A stretch of 63,169 nt of DNA, the filler included, from Lenisia limosa (Eukaryota > Protista > Breviatea), in NCBI GenBank assembly GCA_001655205.1. It is 17 parts of 17 records of this genome, joined end to end, with 100 filler letters (N's around TTAATTAATTAA, not from the genome) between each part and the next. Parts side by side here need not be neighbours in the genome. Positions count along the whole stretch, not along the records: positions 35,763 to 37,009 come from LPNZ01002679.1; positions 37,110 to 47,520 come from LPNZ01009699.1; positions 47,621 to 50,936 come from LPNZ01003451.1; 14 more parts are not named here. One strand, given 5' to 3'. Shown here one piece after another: positions 35,763-48,204 of the stretch. The notes beneath the pieces were generated by a model. It saw only the letters and a list, made by a program, of their open reading frames with translations, did no database searches and had not been told where the DNA came from. The translations under genes and the position numbers were made by a program. Positions within the stretch are counted from its first letter, which is position 1, and every line of letters starts with the position of its first letter.

Positions 35763-35896
35763 ATGGGATGCGATGCTGCAGAAGCGGCTGGCCTGGGCTT
35801 TGTTTGTTTTATTATTATCAACCCTTGTGTGTTGTCAGCCAACAGAGTTGATTTGGGCCCTTTTTGTTTCATAAATTTTCCAATTTTACTCCCCAG
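35763..35896 (+). mobile_element. Intronic dispersed repeat family A (~130-170 bp), representative copy ending at a 3' splice AG
   Basis: (GGAGTG)ATGGGATGCGRTGCTGCAGAAGCGRCTGGCCTGGGCTTTGTTTG...ACCCTTGTGTGTTGTCAGCCAACAGAGTTGATTTGGGC...TTTCATAAATTTTCCAATTTTACTCCCC. Other copies: ~3760-3858, 25447-25530, 29211-29308, 32359-32435, 33405-33485, 50243-50430, 52281-52425, 57563-57634, 57741-57861, 58531-58668, 58959-59049, 59566-59632, 59848-59978, 61500-61600. Mobility is inferred from dispersion. Confidence 0.8.
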
Positions 35897-38509
35897 TCCC
35901 CGACCCCTCGGACACAACACAGTCCTTGCCGGCCAACGAAGGAACAGACGACGAGAACTTCAGCGACGGTGAAGATGTGAGGGGTGTTGAGGATAGGTCT
36001 GTGTTGTAATAATAAAATGTGTTTTGTTACCTTGTTTTGGGTATGTGTGAAGTTTTCCGCTCGACCCCACTTTTTAACTTTTTGGGCTGAACAAAATTCG
36101 TTTATCATGCTACCTTGTTCCCAAGTTGTTGTTCTATATCTGATTTAACCCCGATAAACTTCAACAAAACGTCATTTTTAGAACCGTTCTCTCACTAATA
36201 TAGGGACTTGATGATAACGTCTCCGATTTTTCTGAGGGATTCGCCATAGAAAGCGAAGGGGAAGAAGTGGAGGAGAAGAAGGAAGTTGAGCAACTGGCAG
36301 AAGCCAAGCCCAAAGTCAAGGTTGGGTGTACTTGTTTCACCTTCAATTTCAGTTTTAGAATATTCATTTTGTGATTATTTATCAAACGCAAAGAGATTAC
36401 CTTCGTTTTACACCACTTAAAAAACTGCATTTTTGATCCCCTCTGCTCTGCTGATGTGTCACCAATTATTTATTTCTTCAAAGCCCAAAGAGTATTGTGT
36501 TCCCCCCTTTGCTGATCCGAACAGGGCCCGCCATCGCCGCCAAGACCACAGCGAAGGGCTGCAATGCATGCGTCAGCTTGTCTCAAAGATACCATACAGT
36601 GCGGGGGGGGGGGGCNNNNNNNNNNNNNNNNNNNNNNNNNNNNNNNNNNNNNNNNNNNNNNNNNNNNNNNNNNNNNNNNNNNNNNNNNNNNNNNNNNNNN
36701 NNNNNNNNNNNNNNNNNNNNNNNNNNNNNNNNNNNNNNNNNACCTTCATACATCCAGTGACCATGATAAGTCTTGAGCGATTTTCCTTGGGAAATCAAAG
36801 CAAGTCGGTCAAGACTTATCCCAGTCACAGTATATAGCTATAGTATACATACTATATACACATAGAGTTAAAAGATACCCATTTCCAAAGTGTGACAAGA
36901 AGTGTCAAAACACACATAAAATGCATATTGAGAGCACATATATTCCCCACAATCCTGATCTCCTAGCTCCATACTCCATGACCCGGAAAGACGACGACGG
37001 CCCCCTCGCNNNNNNNNNNNNNNNNNNNNNNNNNNNNNNNNNNNNNNNNNNNNTTAATTAATTAANNNNNNNNNNNNNNNNNNNNNNNNNNNNNNNNNNN
37101 NNNNNNNNNAGTAGACAGAGGAGCAGCCAGTCTTTCAACATTGTCTTCAATTTCAGTGATTTGTTCAACAATGTCACGTCCCAATCGTTGGGCATTAGAG
37201 ACCATTTCCTCTGTTGGCGCTAATGACTGCGGGAGAGAATGAGCGTCAGACAACTAATTCCACCAACACTTATAGCATCACGAATGCATTGTGATGTCTC
37301 AGAGTCTTCAGCCGAAAGGTTCTCCAGTGCTGAGCAAACTGACAGGCGACACTGAATGGTGAACACCAATAGCAACGGATTAATTAGACCGTTTTCTTAA
37401 TTGAGGTAAAAGAAAAAAGTCCAACCTCAGAGATCCGCTGGAGCATTGCTTTGGCATCTTCAGGAGAAGAAATAATTCTAATATCTTCTTCTTTAGGTAG
37501 CATACTGAGAAAACCAAGTGGGAATTGCCGCTTTTTATTTGTGTTATGGGAGCAAAATGAAATGTATATTTATGTTTATCTTTATCACTGTTTGCTTATA
37601 ACACGTTTTTAGACATTCTCAAGGGTGGCGGAGGGGATTGTCAGTGCTGTGTGCTAGCAGTCCAGCTGCAGTCTCCCTGGACGCCGGCGGGTATATTCTC
37701 GGAAAATTCGTCCCTTCCTTATATGAGACCCGGGGCGCCCCGAGAACATGAACCCCGGTTTTGTGCGGCTATCTGGGGGTGCGCCGCAGCGCCGGGAGAG
37801 GTACTTGGCTGCGCTGCAACAACAGAGAAAAGGCTGAGAAGAGGACACATTCATGATTCTCTTCCTCATTGTCTTGCTACATCTGTCTATTGTTGCAACA
37901 TCTCTACCATCAACCCCTTCAATTGATTCTGAGAGCTTTATTTCGGATATTAGTTTGTGGGAATTGGGAAGGTCTTCACATTTCACATTCCTTTCATACT
38001 TTGTCACCTTCTTAGAGGAGTATCCGTATTCGCACGTGTGCACATTGGTAGAATTGCCTAATGGAATCTTAGTTTCTGGTGAGCTGAAACTATTACATAT
38101 TACACCATGGGAACAAAAAGCAACCAAGTTCGTTCTTGATAAAAGTGCCTAATGACATTCCCATTTCTCAACAGACCCCTTTCACCCCCTTTCATACATA
38201 AGCATTCCACTCGGGAAATGGGGAGCGACAGACATCATGCACTGTGAGAGTTGCTCATAGTGTGGATTTTGGTCAAAATTGGTCAAGTGATATTTCTCCA
38301 CTTCCCGTGGACAATGTCTGTCATATGAACCCAAAGTTTGTGGATAGCAGACAAGACCTGGGATTTTTATAACAGTCAGGTTTTACCATATTATTGTCAT
38401 AAAATATGATGTCCTGACCATGAAAAGGTCTAATCCCTGAGTCTGGTGCACTTATAATTGATACTCACTCACTAATTTCAAACTCAAAATATAGCCTCTT
38501 TCTTGGACA

Positions 38510-38942
38510 GAATTCGACCCTTTATTTGACATACCATTCTGGGGGAGGACTATTTAATCCGAAACAATGCAGTACAACAAGGTTTGTTTGGGTGAAACGG
38601 AGAGAAATATGTTTTTTTAATTTTTTTTCATTGAATTTGTATGCAACTCGGTTGAGCTAAACTATCTTAACCTTCAGATGGACATCAGAGTACATCTCAA
38701 GCAATGATGGGGGTTACACTTGGAGTCCCCCAAAGAAACTTCCTCATGTAGGAGTGCTCATTATTTTTGTCTTAGTTATTAATTTTACCCCATAGGATAT
38801 AATGGGCCCGTTGAAGAACCAGTGTATTACAACTCACAGTGGAAAGGTAGGCTCAAAAAAATATTTTTTAAAAAATAATTATTTTGAAGGTTCTGTGTCC
38901 AACAAGCACAGAAGGAGAGGGTCCTGATGATTTGTTGCCAAT
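38510..38942 (+). CDS. Uncharacterised multi-exon protein fragment with an Asp-box-like motif
   Basis: Exons STLYLTYHSGGGLFNPKQCSTTR|WTSEYISSNDGVTLGVPQRNFL|GYNGPVEEPVYYNSQWK|VLCPTSTEGEGPDDLLPIRK; SSNDGVT resembles SxDxGxTW. Confidence 0.3.
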
Positions 38943-40371
38943 TCGAAAAGTAGGCGGTAGTTTTGTTTTGTGATTTACTTGCACTTCGGATTTCCTTTAN
39001 NNNNNNNNNNNNNNNNNNNNNNNNNNNNNNNNNNNNNNNNNNNNNNNNNNNNNNNNNNNNNNNNNNNNNNNNNNNNNNNNNNNNNNNNNNNNNNNNNNNN
39101 NNNNNNNNNNNNNNNNNNNNNNNNNNNNNNNNNNNNNNNNNNNNNNNNNNNNNNNNNNNNNNNNNNNNNNNNNNNNNNNNNNNNNNNCCATTCAACCCCT
39201 TTTATTTGAACTCTCGCCTGGAAACTTAGTTGCCTATTTGAGAACTGGCTGTGGAGTACTTGCAAAGGTTGGCAGGTGAATAATTTCAGTTTCTCAACCA
39301 CTGTGAGCTCTCGATGCGTGTTAGTACTTTGAATTTGACACACAGTCGTATTCATTCGATGATGGAGTAACATGGACAAGTCATGGACTGAGCAGTGACA
39401 TCCCCAACCCAAGTTCTGGAATTGGAGGTGCAACATTTGATGGTATCGGCCATGTCATGGTCGTTAACAACAGCACAAGGTAATGTTTTTTTTTTTTTTT
39501 TTTTAAGGTATATGTGTCAGAATGTCGTATTTNNNNNNNNNNNNNNNNNNNNNNNNNNNNNNNNNNNNNNNNNNNNNNNNNNNNNNNNNNNNNNNNNNNN
39601 NNNNNNNNNNNNNNNNNNGACATTATACATACACTGTTTATTTTGGTACATCAGATCACACTGTCTCTAGAAAGCGGACGCCACTTTCAATTATCCAGAG
39701 TCGTGACGGCGAGCATTGGGCAGAAACGCTAGTTGTGGAGTCTGACCCAAAACGTTTGTTTAATAGTTGAAGCAGAATATCAGGCTGCTGGATTACATTT
39801 GAAATTTGAAATACCTTATTGATGAATTTGATTTTACAGATTCCTTCGAATACCCATACTTGATCAGCAGTGTTCAAAAGGGTATTGGGCATCTTTGCTA
39901 TAGCTGGAATCATGGCCATGGTAATAGGGCTATAAAGTATGTTCAGTTGAGGTGGTAACTGCCTGCCTCACCCTACCACCCAGTTGGCTGTGGTTTGATC
40001 TTAACTTCGAGATGAGATATGTTAATTCTTTCATAGTTTTTTTGCTACGGAACTGAATTGAGATGCAGTTGTGACGTTACTGGTATTTTCACTTTTCATT
40101 CGAATTGAGGGACACAAACAGAAAAGGGAAGGAGAAAGAGGGAGAAGAAAGAATGAAAAGACATCATTTCATAAATTCCCCAATATAAATATGTTAATAA
40201 AATGACTCAAAAATAGCCAAAAAGATGAATTAGAGTGGAATAAGAGAAAGAGAACAATTAGTTCTTAAAATCCGACTTTATGACTATAAATGATCACAAC
40301 ATAAGTACTTGAAAAGCCTACAGCCATTACAATGGGTTTGGAACCAGTTGTATTCAAGAAGAATAGGGCAT

Positions 40372-40960
40372 TTACTTCTTCTTGGAGACACCAACGGTGC
40401 GACCACGACGGCCAGTAGTCTTGGTGTGTTGACCACGGACACGGAGTCCCCAATGGTGACGGAGACCACGATGGAGGCGCATCTTCTTCATGCGCTCAAG
40501 ATCCTCACGCATCTTAGAGTCGAGCTTGTTGGCAACCTCCTATGGATTTGTCAGCAACTCTTCAAAACGAGTGAAAACAAACCTGGGTGTTCTTGCCGTC
40601 AATGACATCCTTTCTGCGGTTAAGCATGTAGTTGGGGACAGAGAACTGGCTGGGGTTAGAGATGATAGCCTGAAGGCGCTCAATCTCTTCGGGAGAGAGT
40701 TCACCGGCGCGCTTCTTCATGTCAATACCGGCCTTCTTGCAGATGACGTATGAGAAACGACGACCAATACCCTAAAGAGTAAAACATGACGAGGTGACAA
40801 AAGTGTAACATACGCGGATGGCGGTAAGGGCGAACACAACCTTGACGGTGCCGTGAATGTTAGTATTCAAGATACGATGAAGCTTGTTGAAAGTAGTATC
40901 ATCAACAACCATAGCCTAAAAAATGAATAAACATCTACAATACTAATTTTTACAAACCAT
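40372..40960 (-). CDS. RPS18: 40S ribosomal protein S18 (uS13); 4 exons, complete
   Basis: [61 protein letters not shown]...[35 protein letters not shown]; short GT-AG introns, TAA stop. Confidence 0.97.
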
Positions 40961-42917
40961 TTTGAATTGTTTTCGGATCCAAAACGCCCTAAAGAGGTCG
41001 AAAACTTGAAAGCAATTTGGTGATAAAGAAAATGGGTGACTGTAGTTCAGTTCATTTCATGAAAATTACGAATTTAATAGAAGATTTCCTTTAATATTTT
41101 TCGGCTGTTCCTGCCTTTCATTCGTTGGAGTTGATTAGAGGTGTGGAAGTTTAGAAAAAGAAAGTAGTGCATCATATAGGATGTTCCTTTCAGGGCTATA
41201 CTGTAATTTTGAATCAGAAACACTTGTTCAAGCTTCTCTTGCAAAGCACAATGCCTCTTCGTTAGCTTTTATATATTTTCTAACTTAGGTCACATCCTTG
41301 CTATTATTTGAGCCCATTTGCGAGGCCAGAAATTGAAAACCTTGCTGTACTTACCCCTCAATCAATTTATGAAGGTTTATCCTGCCAGACTTGCTGTCCC
41401 TCAAGCCACCCTCTGATCAGATTAAAGTATCATCCAAGTTCTTTGTTGAAGTTTTTCAGGGCATGTTCTCAAAAAAGTTGCTTCTTTTTTTTTTCTGATC
41501 AGACAATTTTAAACCTTGTGATATAGTAATTCAAAGCTTCACCGACTTCATTGCTGACTGGCCATTAGAGATACTGCTTGCCTTTTTTGACAAGCTTCTA
41601 AGCTTGAAATATCACTTCCATAAAACGACTCTCTACTTTGTGTGCCACCAAGACGTTTTACTCTCCCACTTCATTTCTTCTTTGGAGACTGTGTTCAATT
41701 CAATTTTCCGATTTGTTCGAATAGTATGTGGCTTCACGTTTTTTCATGTTGTTCACGTTTTTTTTGACTATAAATTGCGTCCTATTCAGTGTTACTTTTG
41801 GCAAGGTCGTTAACACCTAGAAAAAAGACGCAACAGTTATCTACAGTGAGAACGGACGAGAAATGGTTGGCATGGTTTTGATCATATAATTATTGACACA
41901 AGATATTCCACTCAATTAATAGCAGAGTGATTCTGAGTAGGTTAGTTTTAAAAGTATTTGACATTTCGAATGGGTGTATTCTTATTATTTATTTCTCATT
42001 GAGGACAAAACCTGATATACATATGATTTTCCATTTCCCATGATAGTATATATCATATACTAATTTCTAACAACATTTCACAGCCTTTAGCTTGTCCACC
42101 TAAATACCCAAGAAGACCTTCAATCGTTTGCAAACATTCTATCTCAGAAAGTTGTTGAAGAAAAAGAAGTTTCTGCTCCACAATGGTGTGGCGTTTATCA
42201 AATTATAACAATATTTTCCAAATATTATGGGTTTTTTTTTTATAATATTTAGACTTCAAATATTAGAAAAAGGGGGGGGGGGGGNNNNNNNNNNNNNNNN
42301 NNNNNNNNNNNNNNNNNNNNNNNNNNNNNNNNNNNNNNNNNNNNNNNNNATCTATTTGATTATTTAATCGTTTTTAATCGCCCTATTATATGATGTTACT
42401 TGTCATATGATATGCAAGCGATTATGTCGTGTATTACAATAGGTGATTATTTCAAAGCTACTTTTATTGGAATAGTATTATTCTTTGTTTACATGAAACT
42501 CCATCTTATTCATAATGTAGCCCAGCAGCTGACGATGTTGAGAGCTTCAGCGATGAAAGTGACCCTGATGACGGTAGGCAGTTGTGAGAAATCTAGAAGC
42601 TTGATTTGCTTTTGAGAGACTTGGCCTCATACTTAAACTGATCAAGTAGATTTGGATTTCTGAGAGAAGATCTCCCCTACCTCTACATTTATTTCTATTC
42701 CACTGTATCTTTTGCCCGCTGAAAACAATACAAGATCTAACAACCCGCTCCCCTCCTCTCATACAATACTATTCTGAACTGTTAGATGCTACTGCAACTT
42801 GTTGAATAGCCTTATGTTTGAAATAGTCATGAAAAGTAGGTCTGAACATTACAAATGATACCAGAATATATGTTACAGGAAACAAACATAGGGGGAGGGG
42901 GTCAAAGAAGTGAGGAA

Positions 42918-44907
42918 TTACTGGGGGAGGGCAGATTTGTCAAGCTCATTAAAGAAGGGGTGCTCAAGTGCTTTTTGTGCTGAAATTCTTTCGCCAGGAA
43001 TATACGCAAGAAGTTTCTGTAACGGTGATAAACAAAAAAAAAAAAAAAAANNNNNNNNNNNNNNNNNNNNNNNNNNNNNNNNNNNNNNNNNNNNNNNNNN
43101 NNNNNNNNNNNNNNNNNNNNNNNNNNNACAATACAGCCAGTTTGACATGAATGAAAAATAAGAGAGATGGAAAGCTTGTCCAAAATACCTCTAGCAAATC
43201 GCATGCTTCGTTGTCAAGACGAGGAATGAGCGTACGAAGGTCCTTCTTCTGCCAGCAAGGGAATCCACCCTAGGTTCGTGAGTATTTGGGAGCAGATCTT
43301 TTTCTCCATCGTCACAAGATCCAAAAGAAAGAAGTTTTATATGCCTTAAAGTATGGGGTGGAGTAGAATTTGAATTTAGCCGAGAACAAACAACAACAAC
43401 AAAAAAAAAAGTTTATTGGGGGGGGGGGGGTTGAAAAACCAANNNNNNNNNNNNNNNNNNNNNNNNNNNNNNNNNNNNNNNNNNNNNNNNNATCACTTAT
43501 CCAACGAATTCCATGAGAGGAAGTATAAAGAATGTTCGTTGATGGAACAATCACATACTGAGTAGTCTGGGAAGCTTGTTACACCAGGCCATGTCTCTTC
43601 ATTCGGGGTTCCAAGGATCCTGGGAAGTAATCCACATCATTTCACTTATGATCAAATGAAGATGTAATACTATTCCGTTGTTTATGCCTGTATTTCCGAT
43701 ATTTGACATTACATACCGATATATATTGAGATGAGATAAAACAAGGTTGTATCTGACCATCACGCTTATAAAAGATATTGGATAATAGTAAAACATTAAT
43801 TCACCCAATCATTTGCCTTGCAACTCTAGAAACACAGCTTTCTGCGTCCCCCCATATGCATATAAAAATAGCAAGCAAGAATAAACCCCTGCATACTGGA
43901 AGACCTTGTAGAGTTGATCGATTTCGGAGTCTCCAGGGAACAATGGTCTGCTGCAGTTGATGATCTCAGCCATAATGCATCCGACAGACCAAACGTCAAC
44001 AGGTACGGAGTATTGCTTGCATCCGAGGAGAATCTCAGGTGCACGGTACCACAAAGTAACAACCTGACACAGTCAAAAAAAAAAACATACACAAAAAAAG
44101 GGGGGGTTCAAAGAAATTATTATAAAGCAGTTAGGACAATTGAGAAATAACTGTCAAACCTCATGAGTAAAGATTTTGAGGGGAATTCCAAACGCGCGGG
44201 CAAGTCCGAAATCAGCCTAGAAATATATTAGCGAAGACTAGTGCCTACCAGCTTGAGTGCACCTTGAGCATCAATGAGAAGATTTTGTGGTTTGAGATCT
44301 CTGTGAAGAACTCGATGACTGTGACAGAAAGCGACTCCTCGCAGCATTTGGTAGACGTAAGACTAAGGGAATAAATAATCTCTCATTTGGCCATCCTACC
44401 TTGATAAGAAGAGGAGGTAATCCTTCGGGCTCTCTGTTAAGGTAGTTCTTCAAATCCAAGTCCAAAAATTCCATAACCATGAAGACCTTATCTGAAGAGT
44501 GCACCACGTCGTAGAGTCTAGCGAGTGAAGGCTCTGACAAAAGGATATCCCCAATAAAATAGTTCTACTTCATTCCATCATACCTAACAATGTTAGGATG
44601 ACGAAGCTCCTTCAGCAGAGCAATTTCACGAATCGACGTTGAAGGTACTCCTTCATTTTCATAGTCCAACGGAGTTTTCTAAATCAATTAGATCATAAGA
44701 ATGCCTTAAGAAAGAAGAACAAACCTTCAAGGCAACAACAGTTCCTGTCTCGCGATGCACAGCCTTGTAAACGGTACCATAAACACCTTGTCCTAGCTTC
44801 TCTGTTACTCTAAACTGGTTTACATCACCGTTAGACCAGTTAAGCACAGATTCAGTTGAGCGGGGTCGTTTTGTAGAGTCTAATTTACGCTGAAATGAAG
44901 AGGACAT
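42918..44907 (-). CDS. CDK1: Cyclin-dependent kinase, CDK1/Cdc2 type; 8 exons, apparently complete
   Basis: [16 protein letters not shown]|[117 protein letters not shown]; includes the CDK1/2-type GDSEID motif. Confidence 0.88.
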
Positions 44908-45198
44908 TGCACTTAATCAATGTTAAGAAACGCCAAACTACAATTCTAAGGTCGCTTAAAAAGAAAACGATGAAACAAGTTTCTTTCCGTTATATGGTGA
45001 CTTTACCTAAACCAATAACCCCCTCTCTAACAAAATGACAAACGTATGCGATAAGAGGAAAAAAAACACAAAAACCGAAAATTTAATGTGTTGGAATTTA
45101 AATTCGTAATAATTGTTATATGAACTGAACTGCGGTCATCCTAATTTCCTTTTTACTGAGATTTTGATTTGTTGAAGACCTCTTAAATTTTCGACACA
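44908..45198. promoter_or_regulatory. Probable bidirectional promoter between divergent CDK1 and RPL31
   Basis: The start codons face outward, 291 bp apart, within one scaffold; AT-rich. Confidence 0.5.
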
Positions 45199-45757
45199 AT
45201 GGGTGAGGAGAAGAAGATTATTCCTGACGTCGTCTCTCGCGAGTACACTATGTGAGTGTTTATTGTTTTACTACTATTTTGTATTTTTTTACTTGTGTGG
45301 TTCTCATTGTTTTTAGCAACCTCCACAAGCGTATTCATGACACGTAAGCCTGGTTTAGTGATTATTCAAACCTTTTTTTTTTTTTCATGTTGTTCGCGTC
45401 GTTTTATGCAGTTGTTTCTGACTGTTTTTAGTCAGTTCAAGAAGCGTGCTCCCCGCGCCGTTCGTGCCATCAAGGCTTTCGCCGAGAAGGCCATGCGTAA
45501 GCAAGATATATAATTGAGTGTTTTGGGTGAAGCTGCTAATTCTAACTTTTTCAGACACCAAGGACATTCGTCTTGACACCACCGTCAACGAGTTTGTCTG
45601 GAGCAAGGGTGTTCGCAGCGTCCCCCACCGCATCCGCGTTCGTCTCGACCGCAAGGTTAACGACAAGGAAGATGCCAAGGAGAAGAGATACACTACTGTG
45701 ACTCTCCTCGAGGTTCCTTCTTTCAAGGGTCTTACCACCAAGACTTGCGTCGAGTAA
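45199..45757 (+). CDS. RPL31: 60S ribosomal protein L31 (eL31); 4 exons, complete
   Basis: [79 protein letters not shown]...E*. Confidence 0.97.
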
Positions 45758-46015
45758 ACGCTTTGCCTTGTTTGCCCAATACAGTGTCAACAAAACATTT
45801 GGTGTGTTTTTTTCCAATATTTTTCATGTTGGTAACTACTACTATCCTATAATCACTTGATTTGTTCAGCTTATGTTTTTTTTAGTGATTTTAAAACGTT
45901 TAAGTTCCATTTCCCTTGTTATTGCATCTATACGAGTCCCTCAAGACAACAAGACTCGCACAGGTTGTAAGAAAATACATACATTGTAAGAAAATTAAAC
46001 ATTAGATCAAATAAA

Positions 46016-47520
46016 TTACTTTCCAAGAGCTTCCAAAATTTCTTCTTTCATCTTCTTCATCTCTTCTCTCACCGCCTCTAGCATTGACTCTTTCATTTCC
46101 TTGAACTGAGCAGGCGATAATCCTCCCCCTCCTTCAGAACTACCACTTGATTCTTCCTTTACTTCTTCCTTCACTTCCTCCTTCGGCTCCTCCTTCTCCT
46201 CTTTCTTCTCCTCTTTCTTCTCCTCTTTCTTTTCTTCCTTCTTCGGTGAACCTCCTCCAGCAGCTTTGTTGTTGTTACGCTGACATAGTGAAAAATTGTG
46301 AAAAGCAAGAACGAATTAGTAAAAAATAAAGAAATAACAATCAACTTATTCCAACCAACCTTAAGGCGGTTCTGGAGCTGACTCATCATGTCACCNNNNN
46401 NNNNNNNNNNNNNNNNNNNNNNNNNNNNNNNNNNNNNNNNNNNNNNNNNNNNNNNNNNNNNNNNNNNNNNNNNNNNNNNNNNNNNNGCCTGCAATCACAA
46501 GTAAATTACATTGTATACATATCCCATATATCAAGGTGACGAAAAGGTACCACTTCACCCACCTTCTTTCTTGCACGCTGCTTAGCCATCATTTCTTCCA
46601 TCATGGACATTCCTCCACCACCTGCCTTCTTCGGAGGTGGGGCAGGCTCATCTTCCTCCTGGGGGTAAAAGTAAGACCTGATTAGACAAGAGGGTACGGG
46701 GAAATGAGGATATTTAATACCATGACAGTCCAACAACGGCTAACCATCCCAAAAAAGACAAACGAACCTCTTCCTTAGGCTTTGTCTTCTTAAGATTGGC
46801 ACCACCACGAATAGCAGCAAAAAGGTCACCAGGTCCACCCCCGCTGGCTTTGGGTTTGGGTGCGGCCTTAGCAGCTCCTCCACCTCCACCTCCTCCACCA
46901 CTTCCAGCCTGAAACGTAAACAGTGAATTTGCACCCCCCCCCCCNNNNNNNNNNNNNNNNNNNNNNNNNNNNNNNNNNNNNNNNNNNNNNNNNNNNNNNN
47001 NNNNNNNNNNNNNNGTGGCACCTCCACGGATGGCAGCGAAAAGATCCCCAGGTCCACCACCTCCACCACCAGCTGGCTTGGGCTTGGGCTTGGGCGCGTC
47101 ATCATCTCCACCGCCGGCCTGTGTGGTAACAAACGTAGCAAGCAGTAGGTCAACCATATCAGACTAATTATTATTCACCCCAGGCTCTATCCTTCAATAC
47201 CTTTTTCAGTGTAGTGCCTCCTCGGATCGCAGCAAAGAGTCCTCCAGCTCCACTAGGTGGAGAAGGAGCAGCGGGAGCGGCAGGAGCGGCAGGGGCAGCA
47301 GGAGCGGCAGGGGCAGCTGGCGCTGAAACATGTAAAACGAAGAGTCGGCACAAACGTTGTAATATAATAATGATGTATTAAGACGAAGACTCAACTTCGC
47401 ACTACAAGCCCTCGGATTGTTGGTATTTAAGAATACAGTTTTCCATTCGATTTAATACATACCAGCGGGTGCTGCAGGCGGTGTGGGTGCTGCAGGAGGT
47501 TTAGGTGCGGCGGGAGCAGC
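46016..47520 (-). CDS. VASP: Ena/VASP-like actin polymerase, C-terminal (EVH2-like) region with 3 WH2/GAB-like motifs; partial
   Basis: AP-rich linker; GLFAAIRGGTTLKK, GDLFAAIRGGAT.., GDLFAAIRGGANLKK; FAB-like GGGGMSMMEEMMAKQRARKK; C-terminal QFKEMKESMLEAVREEMKKMKEEILEALGK* resembles the VASP tetramerisation coiled coil. No EVH1 domain in the scaffold. Confidence 0.75.
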
Positions 47521-48204
47521 NNNNNNNNNNNNNNNNNNNNNNNNNNNNNNNNNNNNNNNNNNNNTTAATTAATTAANNNNNNNNNNNNNNNNNNNNNNNN
47601 NNNNNNNNNNNNNNNNNNNNTCATATATCTGCTTTAAGAGTCATTATCAATACAAAAATGGAATAACACAAGTAAATCGCCCCAAGGAAGGCCTATATTC
47701 TTCGATAATAATTCTGCTATCCGAGACAACTTTCGTATTTAAAACCTTGCTTAAAATATCGTTAAATTTTGATAAATCCTGGCTTTTTAGTGGTTTTTGA
47801 GGCACACTGGGATTGTCACCTTCCAGGAAAACATGAACAGCTCTGTGCCTTCTGGGACTCGAACCTTCGAAACTGTGACCAATTCGATTTCTATTGAGAA
47901 CTTAGTTCCATTTTCGGGTATGGGGAGGAGGGGGATGTTATGTTTTTTTTTGCTTCAGTGATGGAAAAAACCTTATTATTTTCATTTCTACACTCTACAT
48001 AATTGCAAAATATTAAGTGCGACATATTGTCATGGAAACACCATTTCAGACACTTTGCTTTCTAGTTTTAATTAATTTCTTCACAAAATGAATTGCACGG
48101 AATCGTACTCCATTATAACTTAATCTTATTAATACGATTAATTTTCAGTGTTGAACCTGTTTTTACATCAAGATCGTTTCATTTACTAGATTATCTGGTG
48201 ACGG

